A DNA stretch of 64,000 bases from an uncultured Acidobacteriota bacterium (GCA_963702425.1 CAVPCQ010000010.1:1-64000), one strand, 5' to 3'. Positions 18,317 to 33,435 are shown, counted from the stretch's first letter. Translations and numbers: made by a program. The notes: generated by a model from the sequence alone, not told the origin.

Positions 18317-20004
18317 GGGGTCACCCTCACGGTCGGGTCCTCGGGCACGCGGCCGGTCAGCATCCACAGGTAGGCGCCCGCCTTCTCCGGCAGCCCCATC
18401 CGCCAGTAGTAGTCGGCCAGGCGCTTGGCCAGCTCGCGGTCGCCGCCCAGCCCCGGCGTGCAGGCGTAGGTGTAGCGCAGGTGGTCGAAGGCCTCGACGT
18501 CCTTCTTCAGCTCCAGCAGCAGCGCCGCCGAGCGGCCGCGCGCGCGCCGGTCGAACGGCTGCGCGGCGAGCGCCTGCTGCGCCAGCTTCAGGCGCTCGGC
18601 GGCGGGCGCACGCTCCTGCGCCAGCAGCTCGTCGAGCAGGGCGTAGGCCGGGAGGAACTGCGCGTCGAGCGCCAGCGCGGAACGGGCCGCGGCCAGCGCC
18701 TCCTGCCGCGCCGGATCGGGGGCAGCCGGTGCGATCGAGGGCACCGTCGCGACGCGGGTCGCGCCTGCACGCAGGACGGCAAGGCGATACAGCCTCGCCG
18801 GCGCGGCCGGCTCCAGCGCCGCCGCGCGGCCGGCGAGCGCGGTGCGCGCGTCGGCCGGCGCGCGCCGGTAGAGCCGCGCGATCAGCCGGGCCTCCGCGTT
18901 GCTCGCGGCCGCGGCGCGCGCCTCGGGCGCGACGCGGTCCAGCGCCGGCGCCAGCTCCGCCATCGCGCGGTCGATCGCCGCATCGACGGCGCCCGCGGAG
19001 TCATCGGATCGCATGCCGGCGCCGACGCTCCCGGGCGCGAACTCCCCCCGCTCGACCTCCGCGACCGCCGCCGCGTACTCGGCCGAGCGGACCACCGCCC
19101 GGTCCGCCGCCTCCGGGAGGATCAGCGTGCGCCCCTCGAGCACGCCCCCCGCCTCGAAGCGCCGCTCGACCGCCTGCGGCAGGAAGCCATCCGCGACGAT
19201 CACGTAGCCGACGCGGATCGCCGCCGGCACCACGGCGCGCGGGAACTTCTCCTCGTCGAACAGGTTGAAGATCCCGGAGACCGCGCGCAGCGCCCCCGCC
19301 GCGTCGGTCGTGCCGACGAACTCGAGCGGCGGCGCGGCCGGGCCGCTCCCATCGCGCACGAACGGGTTGTCGGCCTGGTCGATGTCGGGTCCGGCCTCCG
19401 CGACCGGGGCAAAGCCGAGGTCCTGGAAGGTCTCGTCGTGCAGCACGACGTCGGCGAGTGCGCGCTCCTTCGGGTACGGGTACGGCAGGAAGCGGTAGTG
19501 CGCGAAGAGACGCGCCCCGGTGTCGTCGTCGTTGACGGCGTAGAACGCGGGATCGGTGTAGCGGTAGATCCGCGCCCCGGCGACCGGCCGCCCATCGCCG
19601 TCGAGCACCCAGAACTGGGTCGCGATCCCGACGCGCCGCTCCCAGCGCCGCGACGGGTCGCGCTCCGCGGGCGGCGCCGGCGCGGCGACACCCGGACGCC
19701 CTGCGCGCCGCTCGTGCGCGAGACCACGCTTGGCGCGGCGCTTGGCGATGCGGGGCGAGCTCGGCATCTGGCCGCCCGGCGAGGCGGCCGCGAGGTCGGG
19801 CCGCTCGATCCCGCGCACCACCGGCACGTAGCCGCCGTACTCCCCGTCGTAGATCACGGCGATCGGCTCCTTCGCCGCCAGGACGGACGGCGCCGGCGCG
19901 GCGAGGGCCACCAGGGTCGCCAGAACGGCCGGAGCGGACCGGAGGACCGGGGCGAAACCGGGCCCGGCGAGGCCGCGCGGCGATGCGGGGAAGCGGCGGA
20001 ACAT
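18313..20004 (-). CDS. Hypothetical exported protein with C-terminal TPR-like helices
   Basis: Hydrophobic signal-like segment (AVLATLVALAAPAPSVLA), WVLDGDGRPVAGARIY, Ala/Leu-rich helical repeats (ALALDAQFLPAY, ALAAQPFD). Start uncertain. Confidence 0.6.
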   Translation of the reverse strand: MFRRFPASPRGLAGPGFAPVLRSAPAVLATLVALAAPAPSVLAAKEPIAVIYDGEYGGYVPVVRGIERPDLAAASPGGQMPSSPRIAKRRAKRGLAHERRAGRPGVAAPAPPAERDPSRRWERRVGIATQFWVLDGDGRPVAGARIYRYTDPAFYAVNDDDTGARLFAHYRFLPYPYPKERALADVVLHDETFQDLGFAPVAEAGPDIDQADNPFVRDGSGPAAPPLEFVGTTDAAGALRAVSGIFNLFDEEKFPRAVVPAAIRVGYVIVADGFLPQAVERRFEAGGVLEGRTLILPEAADRAVVRSAEYAAAVAEVERGEFAPGSVGAGMRSDDSAGAVDAAIDRAMAELAPALDRVAPEARAAAASNAEARLIARLYRRAPADARTALAGRAAALEPAAPARLYRLAVLRAGATRVATVPSIAPAAPDPARQEALAAARSALALDAQFLPAYALLDELLAQERAPAAERLKLAQQALAAQPFDRRARGRSAALLLELKKDVEAFDHLRYTYACTPGLGGDRELAKRLADYYWRMGLPEKAGAYLWMLTGRVPEDPTVRVTP

Positions 20005-20089
20005 GCGAAGATCCTGACGCAATGCCGCGCCGCTGCCAACGGCGCGCTCCCGGAGCCGGCGCCCCGCGGCCGGCCGCGAGGTCTCGCCG

Positions 20090-20887
20090 ATGGGATCCCA
20101 CCCCGCCCCGTTCGAACGCCTGGCGATCGACGAGCCGCTCCCGTTCGTGGCCCGGATCACGCTCGACGCGCCTCCCGTCAACGCCCTCTCGCGCGACCTG
20201 GTGCGCGAGATCCGCGCCGCCGCGGTCGCCGTGTCGGGCCGTTCGGAGCTGCGGGCCGTGCTGGTCGCCGCGCGCGGCAAGGCCTTCTGCGCCGGGGCCG
20301 ATCTCAAAGAACGGCGCGAGATGACCGACGCCGAGGCGCTGGCCGCGGTGCGCGGGATCGGCGCGGCGGCCCAGGCGCTGGCCGACATCCCGGTCCCGAC
20401 GATCGCCGTGCTGCACGGGGCGGCGCTGGGGGGCGGCTTCGAGCTGGCGCTGGGCTGCGACCTGCGGCTGGCGGCGGCAGGCGTGAAGCTGGGGCTCCCC
20501 GAGTGCTCGCTGGCGATCATCCCGGGAGCGGGCGGGACGCAGCGCCTGGCGCGGCTGATCGGGCCGGCGCGGGCCAAGCACTGGATCCTGGCGGCGCGGG
20601 TCGAACCGGCGGAGGTTGCGCTGGGTGCCGGACTGGTCGACGAGGTCCTTCCGGCCGAGCGGCTCGAGGCGCGCGCCCTCGAGCTGGCCGGCGCGATCGC
20701 CCGCTGCGCGCCGCTCGCGCTGCGCGCCGCGAAGCGCGCGATCGACGAGGGGCTGGACGCGGCGAGCCTCGCCGCCGGGCTCGACGTCGAGACGCGCTGC
20801 TACGCGACGATCGTGCCGACCGAGGACCGCCGCGAGGCGCTGGCGGCGTTCGTCGAGAAGCGGCCGCCGCGCTACCGCGGCTGCTGA
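20090..20887 (+). CDS. Enoyl-CoA hydratase/isomerase (crotonase family)
   Basis: [51 protein letters not shown]. Confidence 0.92.
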   Translation: MGSHPAPFERLAIDEPLPFVARITLDAPPVNALSRDLVREIRAAAVAVSGRSELRAVLVAARGKAFCAGADLKERREMTDAEALAAVRGIGAAAQALADIPVPTIAVLHGAALGGGFELALGCDLRLAAAGVKLGLPECSLAIIPGAGGTQRLARLIGPARAKHWILAARVEPAEVALGAGLVDEVLPAERLEARALELAGAIARCAPLALRAAKRAIDEGLDAASLAAGLDVETRCYATIVPTEDRREALAAFVEKRPPRYRGC

Positions 20888-22821
20888 TCGCCGCCCGCCT
20901 CCGGGCCGCGGTTCGCGCTCCCGTCCGACACGAAGAACAGCGCCGCCAGCGGCGGCAGCGTCAGCCGCAGCGAGCAGGGCTGTCCCTGCGCCGGCGTCGA
21001 CTCGGCGGTGACGCCGCCGAGGTTGCCGGTCCCGCTGCCGCCGTACTCCAGCGCGTCGCTGTTGAGCGCCTCGCGCCAGAAGCCGCCGCGCGGGGCGCCG
21101 ACGCGGTAGTCCTCGCGCGCCAGCGGCGTGAAGTTGATCACCGCCAGGACCAGCTCGCCCTGCGGGTCGGTCTGCCGCACCATGCTGTAGACGCTGTTGT
21201 CGGCGTCGTGGCAGTCGATCCAGTAGAACCCCTCCGGCGCGTGCTCGGCGGCGTGCATCGCCGGGCTGGCCGCGTAGAGCCGGTTGAGGTCGCGGACCCA
21301 CGCCGCGAGGCCGCGGTGCGGCGGGTGCTGCAAGAGGTGCCAGTCGAGGCTCCGCTCGTGCGCCCACTCCCGCCACTGCCCGAACTCGCCGCCCATGAAC
21401 AGCAGCTTCTTTCCGGGCTGCGCGAACATCTCGCCCAGCACGGCGCGCAGCGTCGCGTAGCGCCGCCAGTCCTCGCCCGGCATCCGGCCGACGAGCGACC
21501 CCTTGCCGTGCACCACCTCGTCGTGCGAGAGCGGCAGCAGGTAGCGCTCGTTGAAGGCGTAGAGCATCCGGAAGGTGACCTTGGAGTGGTGGTACTTGCG
21601 GAAGACCGGGTCCTGGGCGGCGTAGGCCAGCGTGTCGTGCATCCAGCCCATGTCCCACTTGTAGGTGAAGCCGAGGCCGCCGGCGTAGGTCGGGCGCGTC
21701 ACCCCGGGCCAGTCGGTCGACTCCTCGGCGATCGTGATCGCGCCCGGGACGTGCTCGGCGACCGCGTCGTTGAGCTGGCGCAGGAACTCGATCGCCTCCA
21801 GGTTCTCGCGGCCGCCGTAGCGGTTGGGGATCCACTCGCCGTCCTGGCGCGAGTAGTCCAGGTAGAGCATCGACGCGACCGCGTCCACGCGCAGGCCGTC
21901 GGCGTGGTAGCGCTCCAGCCAGAACAGCGCGTTGCTGACCAGGAAGCTGCGCACCTCGTGCCGGCCGTAGTTGAAGATCGCGGTCTTCCAGTCGGGGTGG
22001 AAGCCCTGCTTCTGGTCGGCGTGCTCGTAGAGGTGCGTCCCGTCGAAGTAGATCAGGCCCAGCTCGTCGGTCGGGAAGTGGGAGGGGACCCAGTCGAGGA
22101 TCACTCCGATCCCGGCCTGGTGCAGCGTGTCGATCAGGGCCATGAAGTCCTGCGGGGTCCCGTAGCGCGCGGTCGGGGCGAAGAAGCCGGTGACCTGGTA
22201 GCCCCACGAGGCGTAGAACGGGTGCTCCATCACCGGCAGGAACTCGACGTGCGTGAACCCCATCTCGACGGCGTACTCGGCGAGCTGCGGCGCGAGATCG
22301 CGGTAGGAGAGCCAGCGGTCGGGATCGTGCGGCGAGCGCCGCCAGGAGCCCAGGTGGACCTCGTAGATCGAGACCGGCGCCGACGGGGCGCCGCGCGCGG
22401 CGCGCGTCGCCATCCAGGCGTCGTCGTTCCAGGCGTAGTCGAGGTCCCACGCGACCGACGCGGTGCGCGGCGGCAGCTCGGTGCGGACGGCGAAGGGGTC
22501 AGCCTTGTCGACGCGGTAGCCGGCGACCGACGAGACGACGTGGAACTTGTAGGCCGCGCCGGCCTCGACCCCCGGCACGAACCCCTCCCAGATCCCGGAG
22601 TCGGCGCGGCGGAGCAGCGGGTGGGCCTCGGCGCGCCAGCCGTTGAAGTCGCCGACGACCGAGACCCGCGCCGCGTTGGGGGCCCAGGCCGCGAAGCTCC
22701 GGCCGCGCTGCCCGCCGATGGTCGCCGGGTGCGATCCGAGCTTGTCCTGCAGGTGGTAGTGCCGCCCCTCGTTGAAGAGGTGCAGGTCGTCCGCGCTCAG
22801 GCGCGAGAAGCCGCTGTCCAT
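20872..22821 (-). CDS. glgB: 1,4-alpha-glucan branching enzyme
   Basis: [55 protein letters not shown]13 motifs. Confidence 0.97.
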   Translation of the reverse strand: MDSGFSRLSADDLHLFNEGRHYHLQDKLGSHPATIGGQRGRSFAAWAPNAARVSVVGDFNGWRAEAHPLLRRADSGIWEGFVPGVEAGAAYKFHVVSSVAGYRVDKADPFAVRTELPPRTASVAWDLDYAWNDDAWMATRAARGAPSAPVSIYEVHLGSWRRSPHDPDRWLSYRDLAPQLAEYAVEMGFTHVEFLPVMEHPFYASWGYQVTGFFAPTARYGTPQDFMALIDTLHQAGIGVILDWVPSHFPTDELGLIYFDGTHLYEHADQKQGFHPDWKTAIFNYGRHEVRSFLVSNALFWLERYHADGLRVDAVASMLYLDYSRQDGEWIPNRYGGRENLEAIEFLRQLNDAVAEHVPGAITIAEESTDWPGVTRPTYAGGLGFTYKWDMGWMHDTLAYAAQDPVFRKYHHSKVTFRMLYAFNERYLLPLSHDEVVHGKGSLVGRMPGEDWRRYATLRAVLGEMFAQPGKKLLFMGGEFGQWREWAHERSLDWHLLQHPPHRGLAAWVRDLNRLYAASPAMHAAEHAPEGFYWIDCHDADNSVYSMVRQTDPQGELVLAVINFTPLAREDYRVGAPRGGFWREALNSDALEYGGSGTGNLGGVTAESTPAQGQPCSLRLTLPPLAALFFVSDGSANRGPEAGGDQQPR

Positions 22822-22840
22822 CGCCGGCCCTCCCGCGCGG

Positions 22841-22846
22841 ATTGTA
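22841..22846 (-). promoter_or_regulatory. Putative -10 box (TACAAT) for glgB
   Basis: Minus-strand TACAAT 20 bp upstream of the ATG, followed by a GGGAGGG RBS. Confidence 0.4.
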
Positions 22847-22852
22847 GCGCGG

Positions 22853-23938
22853 TCAGTCCTTCCACTCGGCGATGAAGACGTTCGTCTCGCCCGGCTTGGC
22901 GTTGGCGCGGTTGGAGCAGAAGGCGAACTTCCGGCCGTCGGGGGACCACATCGGGAAGCCGTCGAAGCCCTCCGCGAAGGTGATCCGCTCGAGGTTCTGG
23001 CCGTCGAGGTCGATCATGTAGAGGTCGAACTCGCGGCCCCGCGGCTCGGGGTAGTTGGTCGAGAAGATGATCTTCCGGCCGGACGGGTGGAAGAACGGGG
23101 CGAAGGCGGCGGAGCCCAGCCGGGTGAGCTGGCGCTTGTTGCCGCCGTCGGCGTCCATGATCCAGATCTCGAGCTTGCCCGGCCGGATCAGGTTCTGGCC
23201 GAGCAGCCGCTGGTAGTCGTCCAGCGCGGACCCCGGCTCCGGGTGGTGGGCGCGGAAGACGATCTTGCTGCCGTCGGGCGAATAGAACGCGCCGCCGTCG
23301 TAGCCGACCGCGTCGGTCAGGCGCTTGACGTCGCTGCCGTCGAGCTTCATCGAGTAGAGGTCGAGGTCGCCGTCGCGCATCGAGGTGAAGACGATCCGGT
23401 CGCCTTTGGGCGAGACGGTCGCCTCGGCGTCGTAGCCCGGACTCCGGGTCAGTTGCACCGGCTTCGAGCCGTCGGCTTCGGCGACGAAGATCTCGTACTC
23501 CGGGTAGATCGCCCAGACGTACCCCTGGCTCATGTCGGCCGGCGGGGGGCACTGCGGGCTGCCGAGGTGCGTGGAGGCGTACAGGATCTTCTTGTCCTTC
23601 GGCATGAAGTAGGAGCAGGTCGTGCGCCCCTTGCCGGTCGAGACGAGCTTCTTCCCGCTGCCGTCGGTCTTCATCGTGAAGATCTGGTCGCAGCCGTGGG
23701 GTGGGTGGGTGGACTGGTAGATCAGCTTGTCGCCGGCGAACGAGAAGTAGGCCTCGGCGTTTTCGCCGCCGTCGGTCAGCATCGTCAGCGACGCGAAGTG
23801 CTTCTCGCGCGGGTCGGGCGCCACCGGGCGCGGCACGGACGGAGCGACGGCGGCCGCCGCCATCGCGGCGAGCGCCATCGCGCCGGACACGAGGGCGAGG
23901 AGGACGACGGCGGTTGCGGGGCGGGAGGTCGCACGCAT
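22853..23938 (-). CDS. Exported TolB-like (PD40) beta-propeller protein
   Basis: Signal peptide, [45 protein letters not shown] repeats. Confidence 0.85.
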   Translation of the reverse strand: MRATSRPATAVVLLALVSGAMALAAMAAAAVAPSVPRPVAPDPREKHFASLTMLTDGGENAEAYFSFAGDKLIYQSTHPPHGCDQIFTMKTDGSGKKLVSTGKGRTTCSYFMPKDKKILYASTHLGSPQCPPPADMSQGYVWAIYPEYEIFVAEADGSKPVQLTRSPGYDAEATVSPKGDRIVFTSMRDGDLDLYSMKLDGSDVKRLTDAVGYDGGAFYSPDGSKIVFRAHHPEPGSALDDYQRLLGQNLIRPGKLEIWIMDADGGNKRQLTRLGSAAFAPFFHPSGRKIIFSTNYPEPRGREFDLYMIDLDGQNLERITFAEGFDGFPMWSPDGRKFAFCSNRANAKPGETNVFIAEWKD

Positions 23939-23982
23939 CGGGACGGGGTGCTCCTGGAGTCGGCGGCGAGAGGGCCAGAACG

Positions 23983-24012
23983 AAAACGGCGGGGCCGCAG
24001 GGGCCCCGCCGT
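23983..24012 (-). terminator. Rho-independent terminator-like hairpin
   Basis: acggcggggcc / ggccccgccgt inverted repeat followed on the minus strand by TTTT, about 50 bp after the stop at 24064. Confidence 0.6.
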
Positions 24013-24063
24013 CGTCTTCTCCGAACGGCTCCGGCCGGCGAGCGGCCGAATGCCGGTCACGGC

Positions 24064-24526
24064 TCACAGCGAAGCGGTCTGGGTCGCCTTCTTCTTGTCG
24101 CAGCCGCCCTTGGCACAGCCGCCCTTGGCCATCTGCGCCGCCGTCTCCTGGATCTTCTTGACGTCGGACGCGCTGGTCGAGGTGAGCAGGACGACCACGC
24201 CATTGTCGGTGTTCTCGACGTTGCGGGTCCAGTCGGAGTGCATCATCGGGCAGTCGCCGCAGCCGCCCTGCTTCGCCTTGTCGGCCGCCGCCTTGGGGCA
24301 GCCGCCCATCTGGGCCTGGATCCACTTGACGGTCTCGGGGCTGTTCGAGGCGAGGATGATCCTGGCGCCGTTGTCGAGGTTGGTCGCGGTGCGGGTGACG
24401 TCGGCCATGCCGAACGGGCAATTGCCGTTGTCGGCGACCTGCTGGGTCTTGTTGGCGCCGCAGGCCAGGACGACGGAAGCAGCGAGGAAGAAGGTCAGGA
24501 CCGTGATCGGTGAGGATGCGCTTCAT
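24064..24526 (-). CDS. Small exported Cys-rich protein with two internal repeats (frameshift in signal peptide)
   Basis: ATG 24526 MKRILT joins ITVLTFFLAASVVLACG if one base is removed; repeats TRTATNLDNGARIILAS and TRNVENTDNGVVVLLTS linked by GGCP, GGCGDCPMMH, GGCAKGGC. Confidence 0.7.
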
Positions 24527-24710
24527 CGAACTCTCCGGCGCGCCGCGTGGTTGATCCGCCGGGAGCTGGGCGCGTCTCCGCCCGGCGGGTTCAGGTCGAT
24601 AATCGAAAACTATACCGCGTAAGCCAGAACGGCCGCACGCCGCGGCCCCGAGATCCCGCAGGGGAGTGCCCCGGAGGCGTCTCGCCCGGGGGGCCACCCT
24701 GCTCCGGAGC

Positions 24711-24935
24711 CTATCGGAAGTCGCTGATGGTCTTACAGATAGCGGAGATGCTGGAGAACCTCTGGGGAGAGAACTCCTCGTTCGGGATGCGGATTCCGAA
24801 GCTCCCCTCGACCCATTCGACGAGGTCGAAGAGCCCCAAGGAGTCCACCACCCGGTCGAGCGGCTCCTCCGGGCCCAAGCCCCCGTGGTATTCCGAGAAG
24901 CGGGAAGCCAGAAACTCCCGGACCGCCGTCTCCAT
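24711..24935 (-). CDS. Acyl/aminoacyl carrier protein
   Basis: 74 aa, acidic, VVDSLGLFDLVEWVEGSFGIRIP phosphopantetheine Ser motif; GGAGGGAAGG RBS. Confidence 0.85.
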   Translation of the reverse strand: METAVREFLASRFSEYHGGLGPEEPLDRVVDSLGLFDLVEWVEGSFGIRIPNEEFSPQRFSSISAICKTISDFR

Positions 24936-24992
24936 TTCGCCCTTCCCTCCGCTGAGCGTAGCATGGTAGCACCGGCTCCCCGCGCTGCGGTC

Positions 24993-26465
24993 TCACGAGG
25001 CCGGGCCCGGGAGGCGGTGTTTTTGCACTTTGCCGGAAGCGGTCCTGGGAAGCTCGGCCAGGAACGTCCAGCTCCGCGGGATCTTGTGGTGCGTCAGGTG
25101 CAGCGCGCAATGGCGCCGCAGCTCCTCTTCCGAGACGTCGTCCGCGCGGCGGACGACGAAGGCGTGCACCGACTCGCCGAGGATCGGGTGCGGTTCGCCC
25201 GCGACCGCGGCCTCCAGCACGCCAGGGTGAGCCGCCAGCACTTCTTCGATCTCGAGCGCGCTGATCCGCTCTCCGGCGCATTTGATCAGATCGGTCTTCC
25301 GCCCGACGAGGAACAGGTAGCCCTCCTCGTCGAGGTAGCCGAGGTCGCCCGTGTGGAGCCAGCCGCCGCGCAGCGTCGCGCGGGTCAGCGCGGGGTCGCC
25401 GAAGTAGCCCTGCATCACGTTGTCGCCGCGAACCAGGACCTCGCCGCTCCGGCCGGAAGGCAGGTCGCGATCGCCGTCGTCCACGATGCGCAGCGCGACG
25501 CCCCGGATCGGCCGGCCGCACGAGCCGGCCTTGTCGGCCATCCGCTCGGGCGGCAATGCGCAGGCCCGCGTGCTGGTCTCGGTCATCCCGTACATGAAGA
25601 CGATCCGCGCCGACGGGAAGCGGCGCGCCAGCGCGTGCAGCGTCTCGGTCGCCAGATGGCTCCCCGAGATCGTGATGAAACGCAGTGCCGACAGGTCGTG
25701 CCGGTCGAGCGGGGCCCGCTTGAGCAGCATGTTGACGTGGTACGGCACGCCGCTGAAAGCGGTGATGCGCCGCGATTCCAGCCGCGCCACGAAGCCGGGG
25801 AGGTCGTTGAACGAATCGAGCACGACCGTGCCGCCCGCGGCCAGCGTCGTCAGCAGCACGCTCTTGGCGTAGGTGTGGAAGAGCGGCAGGACGAGCGCGT
25901 AGCGATCGGTGGGCGCGAGCGGCAGGTAGTCGAGGATCGCGTCGATCACCGCCGTGACGTTCCCGTGCGAGAGCATCACTCCCTTCGGCTGGCCGGTGGT
26001 GCCCGAGGTGAAGACGATGAAGGCGAGATCGTCCGGCTCGGCCGCGGCGGTTGCCGCGCGCGGCGCCGTGGCCGCCAGCGCGGCCGGCGCGAAGGCCGTC
26101 GCGGAAACGACGGTGTGACCCGCGGCCGCGATCGGGGCCGGATCGAGGGTCGTCACGACGAGCGCGGGGGCCAGCCGCTCGAGCACGGGCAGCAGGCGCT
26201 CCATCGGCTCCTGCGGCGAGATCTCCGCCGCCGGGCGGCCGGAGGCCAGTGCGCCGAGCATCGCCAGCGCGTACTCGACGCCGTTCGCGGCGACGATCGC
26301 GACCGGCTCGCGACGATCGCCGAGCCGCTCATCGAACAGCCCGGCGGCGCGCAGCACGCCGTTCCACAGCGCGCCGTAGGTCAGCCGCGCGTCGCCGTCC
26401 TCGAGCGCGACGGCGTCCGGGGTGCCGGCCCCGCGCCGCAACCGCTCGAGCAGGCCGCCGCTCAC
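24993..26465 (-). CDS. AMP-dependent adenylation enzyme (ANL superfamily)
   Basis: FTSGTTGQPKG, YGMTE, GWLHTGDLG, GRKTDLIK, LPRTASGKVQK; GTGA coupling to the MBOAT stop. Confidence 0.9.
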   Translation of the reverse strand: MSGGLLERLRRGAGTPDAVALEDGDARLTYGALWNGVLRAAGLFDERLGDRREPVAIVAANGVEYALAMLGALASGRPAAEISPQEPMERLLPVLERLAPALVVTTLDPAPIAAAGHTVVSATAFAPAALAATAPRAATAAAEPDDLAFIVFTSGTTGQPKGVMLSHGNVTAVIDAILDYLPLAPTDRYALVLPLFHTYAKSVLLTTLAAGGTVVLDSFNDLPGFVARLESRRITAFSGVPYHVNMLLKRAPLDRHDLSALRFITISGSHLATETLHALARRFPSARIVFMYGMTETSTRACALPPERMADKAGSCGRPIRGVALRIVDDGDRDLPSGRSGEVLVRGDNVMQGYFGDPALTRATLRGGWLHTGDLGYLDEEGYLFLVGRKTDLIKCAGERISALEIEEVLAAHPGVLEAAVAGEPHPILGESVHAFVVRRADDVSEEELRRHCALHLTHHKIPRSWTFLAELPRTASGKVQKHRLPGPAS

Positions 26466-27934
26466 GCGGCCCCCCCGAACAGGCGGCCGAAGTAGGCGGG
26501 GACGTCGGCCAGCGTGTCGGCCTCGCGGTTGATGTAGTAGGCGATCGCGTAGAACGCGCTGGTCAGCACCCAGCCCGTCAGCGCCCAGTACCAGCGGCTG
26601 TCCAGCCCGAGGCGCGCCGTGAAGCCTGGAAAGCGCCGCGGAAAGTCGACGACGAGCCAGATCAGCAGCCCGTTCAGCGCCCAGTAGCTCATCGTCAGGA
26701 TTGCCTGGTCTACGGTCAGTGCCCCTTCCGCGGCGTGGGCCAGGAGGTGCAGCGCGCCGGAGGCCAGGAGGGTCGCCATGATGCTCGGGAAGAGCCCGAT
26801 CTTGGCGCGCATCATCGGGTAGAACGTGAACGTCACCAGCCACTCGCGGAACAGCAGGTTCCAGCGCCGCCAGTGCTCGTTGGGGGTCCGCGCCAGGAAC
26901 CACCAGTCGAAGTTGTTGCGGATCGGTAGGCCGAACAGGCGCAGCAGGCCGAGCGCGAGGTCATAGCCGAAGACCACCTCGCAGGACAGGGCGACGTAGT
27001 TCAGGTAGGAGTAGCCGAGCAGCTCGAGGCCGCCGGCGTCGCGCCAGGCGTGGGCCTCGAGGAACGCGTCGAGTTCGACCGACACGGTACGGCAGAAGAG
27101 CGCGATCGCGAGCACGCGCAGCCCGGCCAGGCGCACCGCGTCGATCCGGTCGCGGCCGGCGGGCTCGAACTCCGGCAACGTGAAGACCGGCCCCTCCATG
27201 AAGAGCCGCGTGCCGACGTAGCCGAGGTACCTGGCGAGCGGGAGCGGCTTTCTCGTCGTCAACTGGTAGCAGGCGTACCACAGGCAGACGATCAGCCCGA
27301 TCGTGATCCCGGAGCGGTCGAGGCCGCGCCAGTCGAAAGCCTGACCGAGGCCCCGGACCACGGGGGCCGCGGCGAGGATCGCGACCAGCATCGTCCAGCG
27401 CGGAACCGACAGCCGGAACAGGCCGTAGAAGGCGAGCGCCACGAGGGTCAGCACGGCGATCGACGGCAGGTCGAACAGCTTCAGGGCCAGGCCGATGGCC
27501 AGCGCTCCGGCCGCGATCGTCCAGTACCGGACGGTCCGCGGCAGCCAGAAGGTCGCCAGGAAGAGCAGGTGGAAGGCGACGAGGCGTCCCGGGATCGTCG
27601 AGAGTCCTTCAACCGACGGGACCGGCAGCCGCGCTCCGGTCGCGAGCGATCGGAGCGCCCAGCCCAGCAGCATCCAGGTCTGTTCGACGAACAGATAAGG
27701 GATGAACGAGAGCCCGACGATCAGCGCGAACCGCGCCGCCGAGGAGGCCGGAAGGGCCCGTCGGTCGAGACCCAGCCGCCGCGCCACCGAACCGGGTCCT
27801 GAAACGGCCTCGAGGACCGGGATGATCGTGACCCGGCCCGGGGTGGGGAGGGGGGGAGCGGGGGGCTCGGGACCGAGGGGCCGCAGGATGCGACCTGCTT
27901 CCCGCGCCGCGCCCTGGCCCTCGTTCGTCGACAC
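26462..27934 (-). CDS. MBOAT family O-acyltransferase (DltB/AlgI-like)
   Basis: Multi-TM; GYDLALGLLRLFGLPIRNNF..NEHWRRWN..WL..FYP and LASGALH (candidate catalytic His). Start uncertain. Confidence 0.8.
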   Translation of the reverse strand: MSTNEGQGAAREAGRILRPLGPEPPAPPLPTPGRVTIIPVLEAVSGPGSVARRLGLDRRALPASSAARFALIVGLSFIPYLFVEQTWMLLGWALRSLATGARLPVPSVEGLSTIPGRLVAFHLLFLATFWLPRTVRYWTIAAGALAIGLALKLFDLPSIAVLTLVALAFYGLFRLSVPRWTMLVAILAAAPVVRGLGQAFDWRGLDRSGITIGLIVCLWYACYQLTTRKPLPLARYLGYVGTRLFMEGPVFTLPEFEPAGRDRIDAVRLAGLRVLAIALFCRTVSVELDAFLEAHAWRDAGGLELLGYSYLNYVALSCEVVFGYDLALGLLRLFGLPIRNNFDWWFLARTPNEHWRRWNLLFREWLVTFTFYPMMRAKIGLFPSIMATLLASGALHLLAHAAEGALTVDQAILTMSYWALNGLLIWLVVDFPRRFPGFTARLGLDSRWYWALTGWVLTSAFYAIAYYINREADTLADVPAYFGRLFGGAA

Positions 27935-28102
27935 ATCCCACCCCTGCGCGCACCCGGTGGCGGCGCGGCGCCGCTCATCGTCCCGGGGGGGCCCCCGCGA
28001 CGCGAGCGCGAAGTCATACCCTTTACCTCGCGGGTGGAGCAAACGCCACCCTGGAATGGGTTCGCCACGGGTTCGCCGCGGGTTCGCCCCGAGGCCCGGC
28101 TT

Positions 28103-28122
28103 ACTTGACCGGCCGTTCAAGT
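28103..28122. promoter_or_regulatory. 20-bp near-perfect palindrome, candidate operator between divergent operons
   Basis: ACTTGACCGGCCGTTCAAGT with one mismatched pair, in an AT-enriched intergenic region. Confidence 0.45.
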
Positions 28123-28176
28123 TAAAGCGTTGACGGGATAGGGTTTCCCGGCCCGGCTAACCCGGAGTTTTTGGTC

Positions 28177-28204
28177 TTGACACGGACCCTTCTCGGGTTA
28201 CCCT
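28177..28204 (+). promoter_or_regulatory. Putative sigma70 promoter of the ACIII operon (TTGACA-16 bp-TACCCT)
   Basis: Perfect -35 at 28177-28182 and -10-like at 28199-28204, 9 bp before the actA ATG with no RBS. Confidence 0.5.
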
Positions 28205-28213
28205 TCCCGCTCC

Positions 28214-28875
28214 ATGCCCACGAACAGTTCGGACACTTCGCGCCACTTCGTTTTCCCGAAGTGGAGCAACCTGCTGAGGCCTGCCCTGGCGGTCCTGCTG
28301 GTCGGGGGACCCGTCTACCTGGTCGCGTTGGCCTGGTTCGGGGGCTCCCCGAAGACCCTGGACATCGGCTACGCGCCGGTCCAGCCGGTCCCGTACAGCC
28401 ACGCCCTGCACGCCGGCAAGCTGGGGATCGACTGCCGGTACTGCCACAACACGGTCGAGGCCGCCGCGTTCGCCGCGGTTCCGCCGACGCAGACCTGCAT
28501 GAACTGTCACTCGAAAGTGCGCGCGAACAGCGACAAGCTGGCGATCGTGCGCGAGAGCTACGCGACCGGCATGCCGGTCCCGTGGGTCAAGGTCCACGAC
28601 CTCCCCGACTACGTCTACTTCAACCACAGCGCGCACGTGCGGCGCGGCGTGGGCTGCGTCGAGTGCCACGGGCGGATCGACCGGATGGAACTGGTCAGCC
28701 AGGTCCAGACGCTGTCGATGGCGTGGTGCCTCGATTGTCACCGCAACCCCGATCGCCGCCTCCGGCCGCCGGAGTTCGTCACGCAGATGGATTGGACCCC
28801 GAGCGAGGATCCGGCCGCGCTCGGCAAGCGGCTTCGCGCCGAACGCAACATCAACCCCAGCACGGACTGCTACAC

Positions 28876-28888
<13 letters not shown>
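28214..28888 (+). CDS. actA: Alternative complex III pentaheme cytochrome c subunit
   Basis: One TM helix plus five CxxCH (CRYCH, CMNCH, CVECH, CLDCH, CYTCH); GYAPVQPVPYSH. Confidence 0.93.

Positions 28889-33434
<4,546 letters not shown>

Positions 33435-33435
<1 letters not shown>

Noticed and set aside
18481-22875. 1464-aa plus-strand ORF and similar long ORFs (271..1977, 1827..4439, 19001..22450, 47236..49989)
   Set aside because: Antisense or off-frame shadows of real genes; Arg/Gly/Ala-rich with no motifs, as expected in stop-poor high-GC DNA.
28105-28120. FNR/CRP box upstream of actA
   Set aside because: TTGA-N8-TCAA spacing is 2 bp longer than the FNR consensus; kept only as an unassigned palindrome.
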